A stretch of 64,000 nucleotides of DNA from Pseudomonadota bacterium. Lineage in GTDB: Bacteria; Desulfobacterota; Desulfobulbia; Desulfobulbales; Desulfocapsaceae. The notes beneath the pieces are model-generated. The model saw only the letters and a list, made by a program, of their open reading frames with translations. It did not search any database and was not told the DNA's origin. Position numbers and translations under genes: made by a program. Shown piece by piece: positions 50,445 through 60,895 of the stretch (position 1 is the first letter of the stretch; the number at the start of each line of letters is the position of its first letter). Location of the stretch: the NCBI GenBank assembly GCA_018820855.1, contig JAHJNL010000044.1:14808-78807 (forward strand). Direction: 5' to 3'.

Positions 50445-50615
50445 TATTTTCGTTTGAAATTTCTTTTAGTTATTGGAACAGAGCTGGGTGTCGCGGCCCT
50501 TGCTTAATACTCAGCATTGGCGCAGGGAAGCTATTTTCCCTTCGAGTGTAGCAATAGTTGCTGCGTTTGGTGAACTGTTTTCGCATCGCATCTCGGCCTT
50601 TCGGCTTGAAAACAC

Positions 50616-51371
50616 TCACATCTTCCACTGTTGCTCAAGAAAACTGAGTCCGTTGTGATTGGTGAGATCGAGTTGAATTGGTGTTACTGAGATGTATCCT
50701 TCGCGGAGAGCATGTTCATCGGTGTTGCTGCCCCCTGTCCAGTGTACTGTACCGCCTCCGATCCAGTAATGTTTTCGTCCCCATGGGTCAAAGGTTTCCT
50801 GGATGGCATCTTTATAGATTCTTCGTCCCTGTACAGTAAAACGGATGCCCTTGATTGCCTCTGCCGGCAGATCAGGAATGTTGACATTGAGCAGGGTGGC
50901 TGGAGGGAGGCCAAAGCTCAGGGCCATGGATGCCAGCTTCCAGGCAACACCGGCGGCCACGGTGAAGTTATGGGGTGAGTCGCCTCCTAGAGAAAAGGCA
51001 AGGGAGGGCACGCCATACATCGTTCCTTCAATGGCGGCAGATACTGTCCCCGAATAGCTGATATCATCACCGAGGTTTGTGCCGGGGTTGATACCCGAGA
51101 CCAGGAGGGTGGGTGGCCCGGAAAGGATTTTGCGCAGACCTATGGTGATGCAGTCGGTGGGGGTGCCGTCCAGGGTGTAGATATCATCTTCCAGTTTTTT
51201 GACCTGCAGCGGCCGGTTCATGGTCAGGGAGTGACTGACTGCAGAGTTATCCCGTTCAGGGGCCACCAGGACGGCATGTCCTAGAGATGATACCGCCTCA
51301 AACAGTGCCCGCACACCAGGGGCATATACGCCGTCGTCATTGGTGACAAGGATCACCGGTTTTTGATTCAT
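50616..51371 (-). CDS. surE: 5'/3'-nucleotidase SurE
   Basis: 251 aa with an ILVTNDDGVYAPGVRAL N-terminus and SGINPGTNLGDDISYSGTVSAAIEG. Confidence 0.95.
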   Translation of the reverse strand: MNQKPVILVTNDDGVYAPGVRALFEAVSSLGHAVLVAPERDNSAVSHSLTMNRPLQVKKLEDDIYTLDGTPTDCITIGLRKILSGPPTLLVSGINPGTNLGDDISYSGTVSAAIEGTMYGVPSLAFSLGGDSPHNFTVAAGVAWKLASMALSFGLPPATLLNVNIPDLPAEAIKGIRFTVQGRRIYKDAIQETFDPWGRKHYWIGGGTVHWTGGSNTDEHALREGYISVTPIQLDLTNHNGLSFLEQQWKM

Positions 51372-51398
51372 TATTGTTCCTTTTTTTCTGTGGGGTCT

Positions 51399-52712
51399 TC
51401 AGCCTTCAGCTTTGCCGCTGAGCTCGGCGGCAAATTTTCTGACCATTTGCATGGTTTCCTGGAGGTCGAGAGAGAGAAATTTTCGTTCTCTCAGTACTAT
51501 ATCACCGTTGATGATAACGTCTGTAACATCTGCTCCGTTGGCACTGTAGACGAGAAAGTCGGCGTTGTAGCAGGGCTGCAGGTGGGGCTGGTTCAGGTCC
51601 AGGAGAATAAGGTCGGCCATGAAGTCAGGAGCGATCCTGCCCAGTTCTGAGAAGCCCAGAATTCTGGCATTGATCTCGGTGGCAGCGGCCAGAGCATTGC
51701 GGGCGGGCATGGCCGAGGCGTCCAGAGTTCGCACTTTCTGCCCCTTGGCCAGGATATCCATTTCCCGGAAGAGATCCAGGCTGTTGTTACTGGCACTGCC
51801 GTCTGTACCCAGGCCCACAGGGATTCCCAGGTTCTTCATTTCGGTTACCTGGGCAATGCCCGATGCCAGTTTGTAGTGACTCTGCGGACAGACCACAACG
51901 CCTGCCCCACTCTCCTGAATGATTCTTCTGTCCTCTGCATCAAGCCATACACAGTGAATAAGGATGGTGTCTTGGTCGAGCAGGTCAAGGCCAGCCAGGT
52001 GGCGAATGGGGCTCGTTCCCTGCGGGTCCATGATGATCTTTTGCTCGTGCCGACTCTCAGCGACATGAATAAAGAAAGGGGCCTGGTATTCTCTGGCGAG
52101 ATTCTTTGCTCGCTGCAGGGTCTCAGGTGAACACGTATAGGGAGAGTGGGCAAAGATCCCTGCTGTTATCCGCTCGTTTTTCTGCTGCCAGGCGGAAAGA
52201 AAGGCCTCGGCAGCAGCAATATTGTCTTTTGGGTTCGGAACTCCGGGGGCGGGAAAATCTATAATTCCCTGGGCCGGGATTGCCCGCATTCCTGCATCAA
52301 GTAATGCCTGGGCTGTCTGTTCTTCGTAAAAATAGCCATCGGCGACTGTGGTGGTGCCTGAGAGGAGCATCTCGGCTGCGGCCAGTTTGCTGCACCAGTA
52401 GACCATCTCCGGGTTGACGTGAACGGCTTCTGCAGGAAAAATGTGTTCATTCAGCCAGTTGGCCAGCTCCAGGTCATCGGCCAGTCCTCGAAAGAGTGTC
52501 ATGGCACAGTGGTTGTGGGCATTAATCAGACCGGGCATGAGCAGTTTGTTTTTCCCGTCTATCAGGATGGCATCATTTTGCCGGGGAACAGTGTCCATGG
52601 GGCCAAAGGAGTGGATTCTCTTCCCTTGAGTGCGGAGCCAGTGATTGTCAAGAAGAGGTGTGCCTGGATCGGTGAACAGGGTGACATTTGTAATCAGTAT
52701 GGATTTGTTCAT
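51399..52712 (-). CDS. mtaD: Amidohydrolase, 5-methylthioadenosine/S-adenosylhomocysteine deaminase-like
   Basis: 437 aa with LMPGLINAHNHCAMTLFRGLADD, HVAES and GLGTDG motifs. Confidence 0.8.
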   Translation of the reverse strand: MNKSILITNVTLFTDPGTPLLDNHWLRTQGKRIHSFGPMDTVPRQNDAILIDGKNKLLMPGLINAHNHCAMTLFRGLADDLELANWLNEHIFPAEAVHVNPEMVYWCSKLAAAEMLLSGTTTVADGYFYEEQTAQALLDAGMRAIPAQGIIDFPAPGVPNPKDNIAAAEAFLSAWQQKNERITAGIFAHSPYTCSPETLQRAKNLAREYQAPFFIHVAESRHEQKIIMDPQGTSPIRHLAGLDLLDQDTILIHCVWLDAEDRRIIQESGAGVVVCPQSHYKLASGIAQVTEMKNLGIPVGLGTDGSASNNSLDLFREMDILAKGQKVRTLDASAMPARNALAAATEINARILGFSELGRIAPDFMADLILLDLNQPHLQPCYNADFLVYSANGADVTDVIINGDIVLRERKFLSLDLQETMQMVRKFAAELSGKAEG

Positions 52713-52913
52713 AGTAGTTGCTTGTCCGGGGAGGCAGCAGAGTGGGAAAGAGGTTAAAAATAAGGGCTTTTTCTGCAGGAGACGGGTATATTATCCTATT
52801 TTGCTGTATTTGTCGTGAATTTTACCATTTTCCAGGGAAGCCTGTGTTGTTGTTGGAGGTGTGGCCGTGGGGAATGAAATTTGTTTTTTCTGACTATTCA
52901 AGTGCTTGGGTAA

Positions 52914-53045
52914 AAGGCTGAAGACTGAAGGCTAAAGAGTAAAAGGAAAGATGGCACGTTCCCGATGGAACAGTTGTTGTCGGCACGGGGGGCTGCATGA
53001 ATCCAGACCACTGTTTTTCCTTCAGCCTTCGTCCCTCAGTCTGTT
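52914..53045. repeat. Imperfect inverted copies of a CTGAAG-rich motif upstream of ychF
   Basis: AAGGCTGAAGACTGAAGGCTAAAG (from 52914) faces CCTTCAGCCTTCGTCCCTCAGTCTG (53020-53044). The 10-mer AAGGCTGAAG is matched exactly by CTTCAGCCTT. Confidence 0.5.
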
Positions 53046-53085
53046 TACCTGAAGCGTTATTTTTTTATTTTTCAGGAGTTTTTTT

Positions 53086-54183
53086 ATGGGCTTTCGCTGT
53101 GGTATTGTCGGGCTTCCCAATGTGGGCAAGTCGACCATCTTTAATGCATTAACTGCAGCCGGCATTGATGCCGCGAACTATCCTTTCTGCACTATTGAAC
53201 CCAACGTGGGAATTGTTCCGGTTCCGGACAAGCGTCTTGATGTTTTGGCCGAGATGGCTAGAACAAAAAGTAAGATCTCCACTCAGATGGAGTTTGTTGA
53301 TATCGCCGGCCTGGTCAAAGGGGCCAGTCAGGGAGAGGGGCTGGGGAACCAGTTTCTAGGGCATATCAGGCAGGTGGATGCTATTGTTCATGTCATTCGC
53401 TGCTTTGAGGATGAGAACATCGTCCATGTGGACGGTTCTGTTGATCCGGCCCGAGACCAGGAAGTGGTCACCATGGAGCTGATCTTTGCTGATCTTGACA
53501 CCGTGGAAAAACGACTGAAAAAGACGCAGAGCCAGGCTAAGTCAGGGGATAAAACCCTCAAGGCGCAGGCCCTGTTTCTGGAAAAGTTGCGTGATGTCCT
53601 TGACAGTGGCGCCACCGCCAGAAGTCTTAAGCCGGAAAGTGATTTGGAGAAGGAGCTGCTTCGCGATCTTTGCCTGCTTACAGACAAACCTGTTCTCTAT
53701 GTGGCCAATGTGGCTGAAGAAGATGTGATAGCGGGCAATGAGCACGTTCGGGTCTTGGAAAAAATGGCCGCAAAAGATGGTGACGGGGTGGTGGTGATTG
53801 CAGGGAGCATTGAGCAGGAACTGAGCCAGCTTGAAGCGGATGAACAGCAGGAGTTTCTGGCAGATATGGGGATGGAAGAGCCTGGCCTGAATCGTCTGAT
53901 CCATGCCGGATATGAACTTCTGGGACTTATCACCTTTTTCACAGTGGGAGAAAAGGAAACCCGTGCCTGGACCATAGCCCGCGGAACCACTGCTCCGGGT
54001 GCTGCCGGAAAAATTCATTCCGATTTTGAACGAGGGTTTATTCGTGCCGAGACTATCAGTTATGACGATTTTGTTGCCTGCGGTGGAGAGAATAAGGCCA
54101 AAGAAAAGGGTTTGATGCGATCTGAAGGCAAGGAATACGTGGTAGCTGACGGAGATTGTATGCATTTTCGGTTTAATGTTTAG
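53086..54183 (+). CDS. ychF: Ribosome-binding ATPase YchF
   Basis: 365 aa with GIVGLPNVGKSTIFNALT, and a TGS/C-terminal domain ending DGDCMHFRFNV. Confidence 0.95.
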   Translation: MGFRCGIVGLPNVGKSTIFNALTAAGIDAANYPFCTIEPNVGIVPVPDKRLDVLAEMARTKSKISTQMEFVDIAGLVKGASQGEGLGNQFLGHIRQVDAIVHVIRCFEDENIVHVDGSVDPARDQEVVTMELIFADLDTVEKRLKKTQSQAKSGDKTLKAQALFLEKLRDVLDSGATARSLKPESDLEKELLRDLCLLTDKPVLYVANVAEEDVIAGNEHVRVLEKMAAKDGDGVVVIAGSIEQELSQLEADEQQEFLADMGMEEPGLNRLIHAGYELLGLITFFTVGEKETRAWTIARGTTAPGAAGKIHSDFERGFIRAETISYDDFVACGGENKAKEKGLMRSEGKEYVVADGDCMHFRFNV

Positions 54184-54185
54184 GG

Positions 54186-54222
54186 GAGACTGAAGGCAGA
54201 AAGCTGAAGACTAAAGGGAAAA
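54186..54222. repeat. Third copy of the CTGAAG-rich motif immediately downstream of ychF
   Basis: GAGACTGAAGGCAGAAAGCTGAAGACTAAAGGGAAAAG shares GACTGAAGGC and GCTGAAGACT with the copy at 52914-52950. Confidence 0.45.
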
Positions 54223-54236
54223 GACAGGCGCTTGCT

Positions 54237-55289
54237 GTGTCTGAACTGATTTCACGGAATGAGATGACCAAAACACAATTTGTCAAAGATCTCCAGGAGG
54301 GAGACCGGGTGGATGACCTGTTTCTGGTCAAGTCTTCTCGTCTGGCTGAGACCCGAGCCGGAAAACCCTATCTCCAGCTCGCAGTTATGGACCGGAGCGG
54401 CGAAATAACCGGTCCCATCTGGGAACGGGCAGAGGAGCTGGCACCTCACTGTCAGAGTGGGAGCTTTATCCATCTGCAGGGTTTGGTGCAGTCTTATCGC
54501 CAACAACTGCAGTTAAAGATTGATGCCCTGCAGCCCTGGCCCCGGGACGAGGTTTGTTTCGCTGATTTTGTTCCCAGTTGCAGCAAGAACAGGGAGGAAA
54601 TGGCAGGCCAGCTTCAGTGTCTGGTCCGCTCTGTGGATAATCCATATCTAAAAAAACTCCTCAACCGTTTTCTGAAAAAAGAGCCCATGTGGCAGCGTTT
54701 TCAGGAATCGCCTGCAGCCAAAGGAATCCATCATGCCTACCTGGGAGGTTTGCTGGAGCATTCTCTTTCTGTGGCGGTGTTGGCAGAAACCATTGCTGCA
54801 CACTATCCCGGGGTCGATCGTTCTCTGCTGATTACCGGAGCCTTGCTTCACGATGTGGGCAAGGTGGAAGAGCTGCAGATGGATCTGGCCCTGATTGAAT
54901 ACACTTCGCGCGGCAGACTGAAGGGGCATTTGGTCATGGGCAGTGAGATGGTGGCAGCAGAGGCGGCAGGAATCAAAGATTTTCCCGGAGAACTTCTTGA
55001 ACAGCTCCAGCACCTGATCCTCAGTCATCATGGTAGGCAGGAGTTTGGTTCGCCGACAGTGCCCATGACCATTGAGGCCTTTCTACTCAGCTTTCTTGAC
55101 GATCTGGACGCCAAAATGAATCTTATGGAGCAGCTCAGGGCTAATATGACTGAATCCGGGTTGCAATGGACCGAGTATCAGCGTTCTCTTGAACGCTTTC
55201 TGTATCTCAGCCCCATGCCCGCTAAGGAGGAACAGCTTGAGGAAGAAAGCAATGCCTCTCCCTCAGGCCGTCAACAGACACTGTTTTAG
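54237..55289 (+). CDS. OB-fold + HD-domain 3'-5' exoribonuclease (YhaM-like)
   Basis: 350 aa with an N-terminal OB-fold-like segment, then HHAYLGGLLEHSLSVA and LLHDVGKV. It uses a GTG start. Confidence 0.7.
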   Translation: MSELISRNEMTKTQFVKDLQEGDRVDDLFLVKSSRLAETRAGKPYLQLAVMDRSGEITGPIWERAEELAPHCQSGSFIHLQGLVQSYRQQLQLKIDALQPWPRDEVCFADFVPSCSKNREEMAGQLQCLVRSVDNPYLKKLLNRFLKKEPMWQRFQESPAAKGIHHAYLGGLLEHSLSVAVLAETIAAHYPGVDRSLLITGALLHDVGKVEELQMDLALIEYTSRGRLKGHLVMGSEMVAAEAAGIKDFPGELLEQLQHLILSHHGRQEFGSPTVPMTIEAFLLSFLDDLDAKMNLMEQLRANMTESGLQWTEYQRSLERFLYLSPMPAKEEQLEEESNASPSGRQQTLF

Positions 55290-55409
55290 ATTTTTACCAG
55301 GAGTTGCTGAGACGTTGTCTTTCATGCTGCAAGCGGTTTGCAATCGCGAAATTATTATTCACCACCAAAAACCGTATCCCCTTAACGGGGTGGCTGAACA
55401 GAGTTTTTT

Positions 55410-56420
55410 ATGATGATACTCAGCAAAGAGGATAGTGAGGCACCTGAGCTCCTCATTGGCGGCAAGTCATTCTTGGGCCATAAACAGGCCAGAAACCTGC
55501 TGAGCAGAGGCATCTCCTCCAATCGACTGGCTCATGCCTATCTGTTTCGAGGGCCGGAAGGAATTGGCAAACAGCTCTTTGCAAGAGGACTGACTGCGGC
55601 AGTAAACTGTGCTGCTGCAAAAGGGATCGCAGCCTGCGGCATCTGTTCTGGCTGCAGGAAGTTTGCCTCAGGCGCTCATCCTGATTTTCTGCTTGTCTCA
55701 CCGGAAAAAGGTGCGATCAAGATTGATCAGGTCCGGGAGTTGATCAAAAAGCTCTCTTATGCCCCCTATGAGGCTGAGACGCGGGTGGTTTTGATTGAAG
55801 ATGTCCATACCATGCGCCGCGAGGCGGCAAACAGTCTGCTCAAGACTTTGGAAGAACCGCCGGAAGATAATCTCCTCATCCTTACCGCATACTCTTCAGG
55901 GAGTATCCTGCCGACGATTAGCTCCAGGTGCCAGACCATCCCCTTTTATCCGCTGACTCTTGAGGAGACAGTGGAAATCATTCTCAGAGAGGACAGGGAA
56001 CTTGATCGAGAGACGGCAACGCTTCTGGCTAGGCTGGCTGAGGGCAGTCCGGGAAGAGCACTGCTTCTTCATCGCAAGGATCTGGTGGGTTTTGGCAAGA
56101 GGGTTGTGGACTTGATCAGTGATCCCGACAAGAGGGGGGGGCAGCATGTGGGTCTTTTTCTGCAGACAGCAGAAACCATGGCAGGACTCAAGACGGACCT
56201 AAGCTATCTTCTGGGTTTGTTACGTCTCTGGATCAGAGATGGCCTGTTCAGCCACTATTGTCAGGAGGCGCCGACCGCTATTATGGGAATTCGGAAAGAC
56301 TGGAGTTCTGAACAATATTTTGCTAAACTGCAGGCTATCGACCGGGCAGAAAATGAATTGAATCGGAACTGTAATCGAACCCTTGTCTGCGAGGTGCTTC
56401 TTTTTGAGCTGCAGGCATGA
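55410..56420 (+). CDS. holB: DNA polymerase III subunit delta'
   Basis: 336 aa with RLAHAYLFRGPEGIGK, the zinc module CGICSGCRKF, and SRCQTIPF. Confidence 0.85.
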   Translation: MMILSKEDSEAPELLIGGKSFLGHKQARNLLSRGISSNRLAHAYLFRGPEGIGKQLFARGLTAAVNCAAAKGIAACGICSGCRKFASGAHPDFLLVSPEKGAIKIDQVRELIKKLSYAPYEAETRVVLIEDVHTMRREAANSLLKTLEEPPEDNLLILTAYSSGSILPTISSRCQTIPFYPLTLEETVEIILREDRELDRETATLLARLAEGSPGRALLLHRKDLVGFGKRVVDLISDPDKRGGQHVGLFLQTAETMAGLKTDLSYLLGLLRLWIRDGLFSHYCQEAPTAIMGIRKDWSSEQYFAKLQAIDRAENELNRNCNRTLVCEVLLFELQA

Positions 56421-56589
56421 TTCTCCGCGCCCATTCAGGAATGTTACTGTGGCACCATCAGGGTATTATCTTTGAGGTACCTGAGGTAAAAAAAACGCAG
56501 GATTTGACCTTGAGTGAAAATCATTTTTTGTGCAAGGATACTGGCTGGTTACTGATAGGCAGAAAATTTAAATAGACGTATGGCAGGTT

Positions 56590-57516
56590 ATGGTAGAACC
56601 GCAGGAAGAAAAGAGTAAACAGGACGGGCAGGAGGCAACGGAACAGGAACAATCGTTCTTTTATCGTTTCCGGTTTCGTGATAATGGCCAGGAGTTCACG
56701 GGCAAGTCATCGTTGCCTGATCTGCAGAGAGACGATGTGGTCATGGTTCGAGGTGAGTATGGATTGGAACCGGCCTTCATCACCAGCTCTGCTCCGGCCT
56801 GCCGGGATGCAGAAGAAGAGCGTCGGGCGAGCTATGAACTGGCTCGGCGGGCAGGCCAGGAGGAGTGTGCCCGCTATACCAATATTCCTCTTGAAGAGGC
56901 CTCGGCCTTTACTACCTGCAAGAATTTGATTCAGAAACATTCGTTGCAGATGCGTCTTGTCAGGGTGGAACGTTTTTTTAACGGTAGCAAAATGATCTTC
57001 TATTTTACGGCCGATAAACGGGTGGATTTCAGGGCGCTGGTCAAGGATCTGGTCCAGGAGTTTCGTACTCGGGTAGAGATGCGACAGGTGGGAGTCCGCC
57101 ATGAGACTAAGATGCTTGGCGGAGTGGGTACCTGCGGGCGCGAGCTCTGCTGTTCCGCACACATGAAAAAGTTTGATTCCGTTTCTATTAAAATGGCTAA
57201 AGAACAGGATCTGCCGTTGAATCCAGCCAAGATATCCGGGGTCTGCAATCGACTGCTCTGTTGTCTGACCTACGAGTTTGAGACCTATAAGCGAGAGCGA
57301 AAGGGGATGCCCAAACCCGGGAAAAAGATTCTTATGGACGGTCAGACTCTGCGAGTCAAGCGCCAGAATCCTCTCCAGAGAACTGTGCTGGTGGTCGATC
57401 AGGAGGGGGAACAGCATCTGTTGACAGCTGTTGAATGGCAAAGTTGTGAAGTAGTGAAGACGGAAAAACCAGCCAAAAAAAGAAAAAAGGAAAAAAAAGC
57501 CAACAAGGAAGAGTGA
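56590..57516 (+). CDS. PSP1 domain protein (RicT/YaaT-like)
   Basis: 308 aa with FRTRVEMRQVGVRHETKMLGGVGTCGRELCCS and CNRLLCCLTYE. It sits downstream of holB, as in many bacteria. Confidence 0.85.
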   Translation: MVEPQEEKSKQDGQEATEQEQSFFYRFRFRDNGQEFTGKSSLPDLQRDDVVMVRGEYGLEPAFITSSAPACRDAEEERRASYELARRAGQEECARYTNIPLEEASAFTTCKNLIQKHSLQMRLVRVERFFNGSKMIFYFTADKRVDFRALVKDLVQEFRTRVEMRQVGVRHETKMLGGVGTCGRELCCSAHMKKFDSVSIKMAKEQDLPLNPAKISGVCNRLLCCLTYEFETYKRERKGMPKPGKKILMDGQTLRVKRQNPLQRTVLVVDQEGEQHLLTAVEWQSCEVVKTEKPAKKRKKEKKANKEE

Positions 57517-57545
57517 GACTCTTGTTTTGTTGAGACAGATAGATC

Positions 57546-59483
57546 ATGACAACTTATATAACCACCCCCATCTACTATGTGAACGCAGAGCCGCATCTTG
57601 GCCATGCCTATACTACTATTGTTGCCGACACCTATTCTCGGTTTCGACGTCTCCAGGGTGAAAAGGTGCGTTTTCAGACAGGCACCGATGAACACGGAGA
57701 TAAGATTGCTGAAGCCGCAGCCCGGGAAGGGGTGACCCCTAAGGAATATGTGGATAGAATCAGTGGGTTGTTCCGGGATACCTGGCCCTTGCTGGGTGTT
57801 GTGCCGGATAACTTTATTCGCACCACGGATGAGAATCATATGGCCACGGTGCAGAAAATTCTGCAGCAGGTCTATGACCAGGGGGATATCTATTTTGATG
57901 AGTATTCCGGGCTCTACTGCAAAGGTTGCGAACGCTTCCTGACCGAAAAAGAACTGGTGGATGGCAAATGTCCCGATCATCAGACAGAACCTGCGGAGAT
58001 TACCGAGCAGAACTATTTTTTCCGCATGTCCCGCTATCAGCAGCAGCTGATTGATCATATTCAGGCCAATCCCGAGTTTATTACTCCGGAGAGGTATCGA
58101 AACGAGGTCCTCTCTTTCCTCAGCGAGCCTCTGGAAGACCTCTGTATCTCTCGTCCTACCTCTCGTCTCACCTGGGGAATTCCACTGCCCTTTGATGACT
58201 CCTTTGTTACCTACGTCTGGTTTGACGCCCTGATTAATTATCTCACCGGACTGGATTATCCCGATGGTGCGGAGTTTGAGAACTACTGGGGGGTGGCTGA
58301 ACATTTAATTGCCAAGGATATCCTGAAACCCCATGCCATTTACTGGCCCACCATGATTCTTTCTCTGGGGCTGCCCCTGTATAAAAAACTCCATGTTCAC
58401 GGTTACTGGAATGTGGATGAAACCAAGATGTCAAAGAGTATCGGCAACGTGGTCCGTCCTGCTGAACTGGTGGCAGAGTACGGGGTGGACTGTCTTCGCT
58501 ACTTTACCCTGCGCGAGATGTCCTTTGGTCTCGATGCTTCATTTAGCGCTGACGCTATTGTGGCAAGGAAAAATTCAGACCTGGCCAATGACCTTGGTAA
58601 TCTCTACAGCCGTTCTACGGCAATGCTTGTTAAATATACGGGTGGTGTTGTGCCTGGTCCGGGTGCAAGCCAGAGTGATGATACCGTTCTTGAAGAAATG
58701 GCCGGATCAGTGGTTGCACGTTATCAGGAGGCCATGGGCGATTTCCAGTTTCACCGTGCCCTCCAGGCCATCTGGGAGCTGATCAGTCTGGCCAATAAGT
58801 ATATTGTCACCAATGAGCCCTGGGCCCTGGCCAAGGATCCGGAGCAGGAATCTCGTCTTCATACTGTCCTCTATAACCTCGCTGAAGTCCTACGCCTCCT
58901 CACCCTGCTTCTGCAACCTGTCATGCCCGAGACCTGTACCAAGATGGCAACCGGGTTGGGACTGGAAGCCGACAGCCCTCTGGTAAACAGTCTGAAGATC
59001 GGCGGAGGCTGGGGAGTTCTGCCTGCCGGGACTGAGTTGCAGGAGATTGATTCTCTTTTTCCCCGGGTGGAGCAAAAGAAGGTTAAACAGCCTGTTCGGA
59101 AAGAATCGGGGAAGAAGAAAAAACAGGAAACAAAAGCGGAAATCATTGAAGGGGTGATAACCTTTGCCCAGTTCCAGGCAGTTGAGTTACGGGTGGCAGA
59201 AATTGTAGGGGCTGAGCCGGTGAAAAAATCGGATCGCTTGCTTAAACTCACAGTCAAAGCCCCGGAGGAGCGGGTGATTGTCGCAGGAATTGCAGAATAT
59301 TACCGTCCTGAGGAAATCGTTGGCATGCTGGTCCTGATAGTGGCGAACCTCGAACCGGTTCGATTAATGGGTGTTGAGTCTCAGGGTATGGTTCTGGCAG
59401 CGAAGATGGAAGAGGATGGCAAGAGCCGTCTGGTTCTCTCTACGGTAAGCGGTCCCGTGGCGCCAGGTTCCCGTGTAGCCTGA
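57546..59483 (+). CDS. metG: Methionine--tRNA ligase
   Basis: 645 aa with a HIGH-type motif (AEPHLGHAY), KMSKS, and a C-terminal tRNA-binding domain (VELRVAEIVGAEPVKKSDRLLKL). Confidence 0.95.
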   Translation: MTTYITTPIYYVNAEPHLGHAYTTIVADTYSRFRRLQGEKVRFQTGTDEHGDKIAEAAAREGVTPKEYVDRISGLFRDTWPLLGVVPDNFIRTTDENHMATVQKILQQVYDQGDIYFDEYSGLYCKGCERFLTEKELVDGKCPDHQTEPAEITEQNYFFRMSRYQQQLIDHIQANPEFITPERYRNEVLSFLSEPLEDLCISRPTSRLTWGIPLPFDDSFVTYVWFDALINYLTGLDYPDGAEFENYWGVAEHLIAKDILKPHAIYWPTMILSLGLPLYKKLHVHGYWNVDETKMSKSIGNVVRPAELVAEYGVDCLRYFTLREMSFGLDASFSADAIVARKNSDLANDLGNLYSRSTAMLVKYTGGVVPGPGASQSDDTVLEEMAGSVVARYQEAMGDFQFHRALQAIWELISLANKYIVTNEPWALAKDPEQESRLHTVLYNLAEVLRLLTLLLQPVMPETCTKMATGLGLEADSPLVNSLKIGGGWGVLPAGTELQEIDSLFPRVEQKKVKQPVRKESGKKKKQETKAEIIEGVITFAQFQAVELRVAEIVGAEPVKKSDRLLKLTVKAPEERVIVAGIAEYYRPEEIVGMLVLIVANLEPVRLMGVESQGMVLAAKMEEDGKSRLVLSTVSGPVAPGSRVA

Positions 59484-59531
59484 AACGTATGAAAAGGGTA
59501 TCCGACGTCCAAAAAAAGATGGAGTATTGAA

Positions 59532-59831
59532 ATGTTTGTTGTAAATAATTTTATGATGGCTATTGCCCAGCTTATTGATTTTTTACTTACGGCCTATATG
59601 TGGATTATCATCGGTCGGGCTGTGATATCCTGGGTCAATGCAGATCCAAGTAACCCCATAGTTCGCTTTCTCTATGAGGCTACAGAACCTCTGCTCAGCC
59701 GTATCAGACGTTTGTTGCCGCTGAGCATGGGGGGGATTGATTTCTCACCGATGATACTGATCATGGTTATCATGTTTCTGCAGAGTTTTCTTGTTCCCAC
59801 CATGAAACAGCTGGCTGTAGGAATGGGGTGA
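59532..59831 (+). CDS. YggT family membrane protein
   Basis: 99 aa with YMWIIIGRAVISWVNADPSNPIVRFLYEATEPLL, typical of YggT. Confidence 0.85.
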   Translation: MFVVNNFMMAIAQLIDFLLTAYMWIIIGRAVISWVNADPSNPIVRFLYEATEPLLSRIRRLLPLSMGGIDFSPMILIMVIMFLQSFLVPTMKQLAVGMG

Positions 59832-59889
59832 ATCCGGCCCGAGGCCGGCAATTCCAAGTATCTGTCCATTGAAGAAGGAAGTATCTGTT

Positions 59890-60894
59890 ATGTCTATTAC
59901 TCCACAGCTTATCAAGGACCAGGAATTTCAAATCAAGTTTAGGGGTTTTGATCCCATAGAAGTGAGAGATTATCTGCAGACCATTGCCGATGAATTTTTT
60001 AATCTGCAGGAACAGTATAAAGAACAGCTGGAAGAACTGGAGGGCTTGCGTCAGGAAAAGGAAACTTTTGAGGCCTATAATCGTTCCCTGGAAACTGATA
60101 TGCAGTTTACCAGGAAGATATCAGAGGAGTTGAAAGATGGATGCTCTCAGAAAGAGGAGAAAATCCAGGAGCTGACAAAAGAGATTGAGGAACTCCAACT
60201 GCGTATTGATGATATCGAACAGGAAAAAGCGGAGCAGGAAGAAGAGGTCAGTGCTGCCGAGGCCAGAATAGAAGAGGCGGAAGAGGCCTTGAGGGCGGTG
60301 ATTGAGGAAAAGGAGAGTCTCGGCCGGAAAGTGGCGCTTTTGAAAGAACAGAATGCTGATCTGCGCAAGGAAGAGGTCGATTTTAAGTCGACCCTGGCCT
60401 CAGCACAGCGTTTTGCCGAAGATCTCAAGGAGAAAAGCAGGACTGAAGCTGCGGAAATGATTGCAGGGGCGCACGCCGAGATCAACAAGATTCGGGATGA
60501 CGCGCAGGCAGAACTGGAGCGTTTGCCCCGAGAGGTCGAAGCCCTTATGAAAAAGAGGGGAGAGGTCAAGAAAGAGCTGAAGGGGATTCTTGAGACCTAT
60601 CTGGAAACCCTTGATGTCTTTTACCCGGAAGAGAAAGAAGAGCTGGCCACTGCAACGGAATATGATGTGGAGCTCTTTCAGAAGGTCGAGATCGGGGAAG
60701 ATGGTTTCTTGAACGCGAAAGATCTGGAGCGAATCCAGATGGATTTTGAAAGTCCTCTTTCTTCCGGAGCGGTGGATGAAGAGGCACTGGCTACTCTGCT
60801 TGGTGATAATCGAGATGCGGGTGATGATCTTGATCTCAAAAAAATGTTTAATCTGGATTTGAACGAAGAGGATAAGGATAACGGATCTTCTTGA
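59890..60894 (+). CDS. DivIVA domain-containing coiled-coil protein
   Basis: MSITPQLIKDQEFQIKFRGFDPIEVRDYLQTIADEF is a DivIVA N-terminal domain, followed by a long E/K-rich coiled coil. The track start at 59869 is an alternative-codon extension. Confidence 0.85.
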   Translation: MSITPQLIKDQEFQIKFRGFDPIEVRDYLQTIADEFFNLQEQYKEQLEELEGLRQEKETFEAYNRSLETDMQFTRKISEELKDGCSQKEEKIQELTKEIEELQLRIDDIEQEKAEQEEEVSAAEARIEEAEEALRAVIEEKESLGRKVALLKEQNADLRKEEVDFKSTLASAQRFAEDLKEKSRTEAAEMIAGAHAEINKIRDDAQAELERLPREVEALMKKRGEVKKELKGILETYLETLDVFYPEEKEELATATEYDVELFQKVEIGEDGFLNAKDLERIQMDFESPLSSGAVDEEALATLLGDNRDAGDDLDLKKMFNLDLNEEDKDNGSS

Positions 60895-60895
60895 G

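Noticed and set aside
57399-58304. 301-aa minus-strand ORF inside metG. Similar long antisense ORFs occur at 38284-38985 in the MCP gene, 6849-7517 in the membrane protein gene, 53542-54165 in ychF and 56707-57441 in the PSP1 gene.
   Set aside because: Each lies opposite a gene with strong family signatures. They have odd composition and no motifs, which is typical of antisense shadow ORFs.
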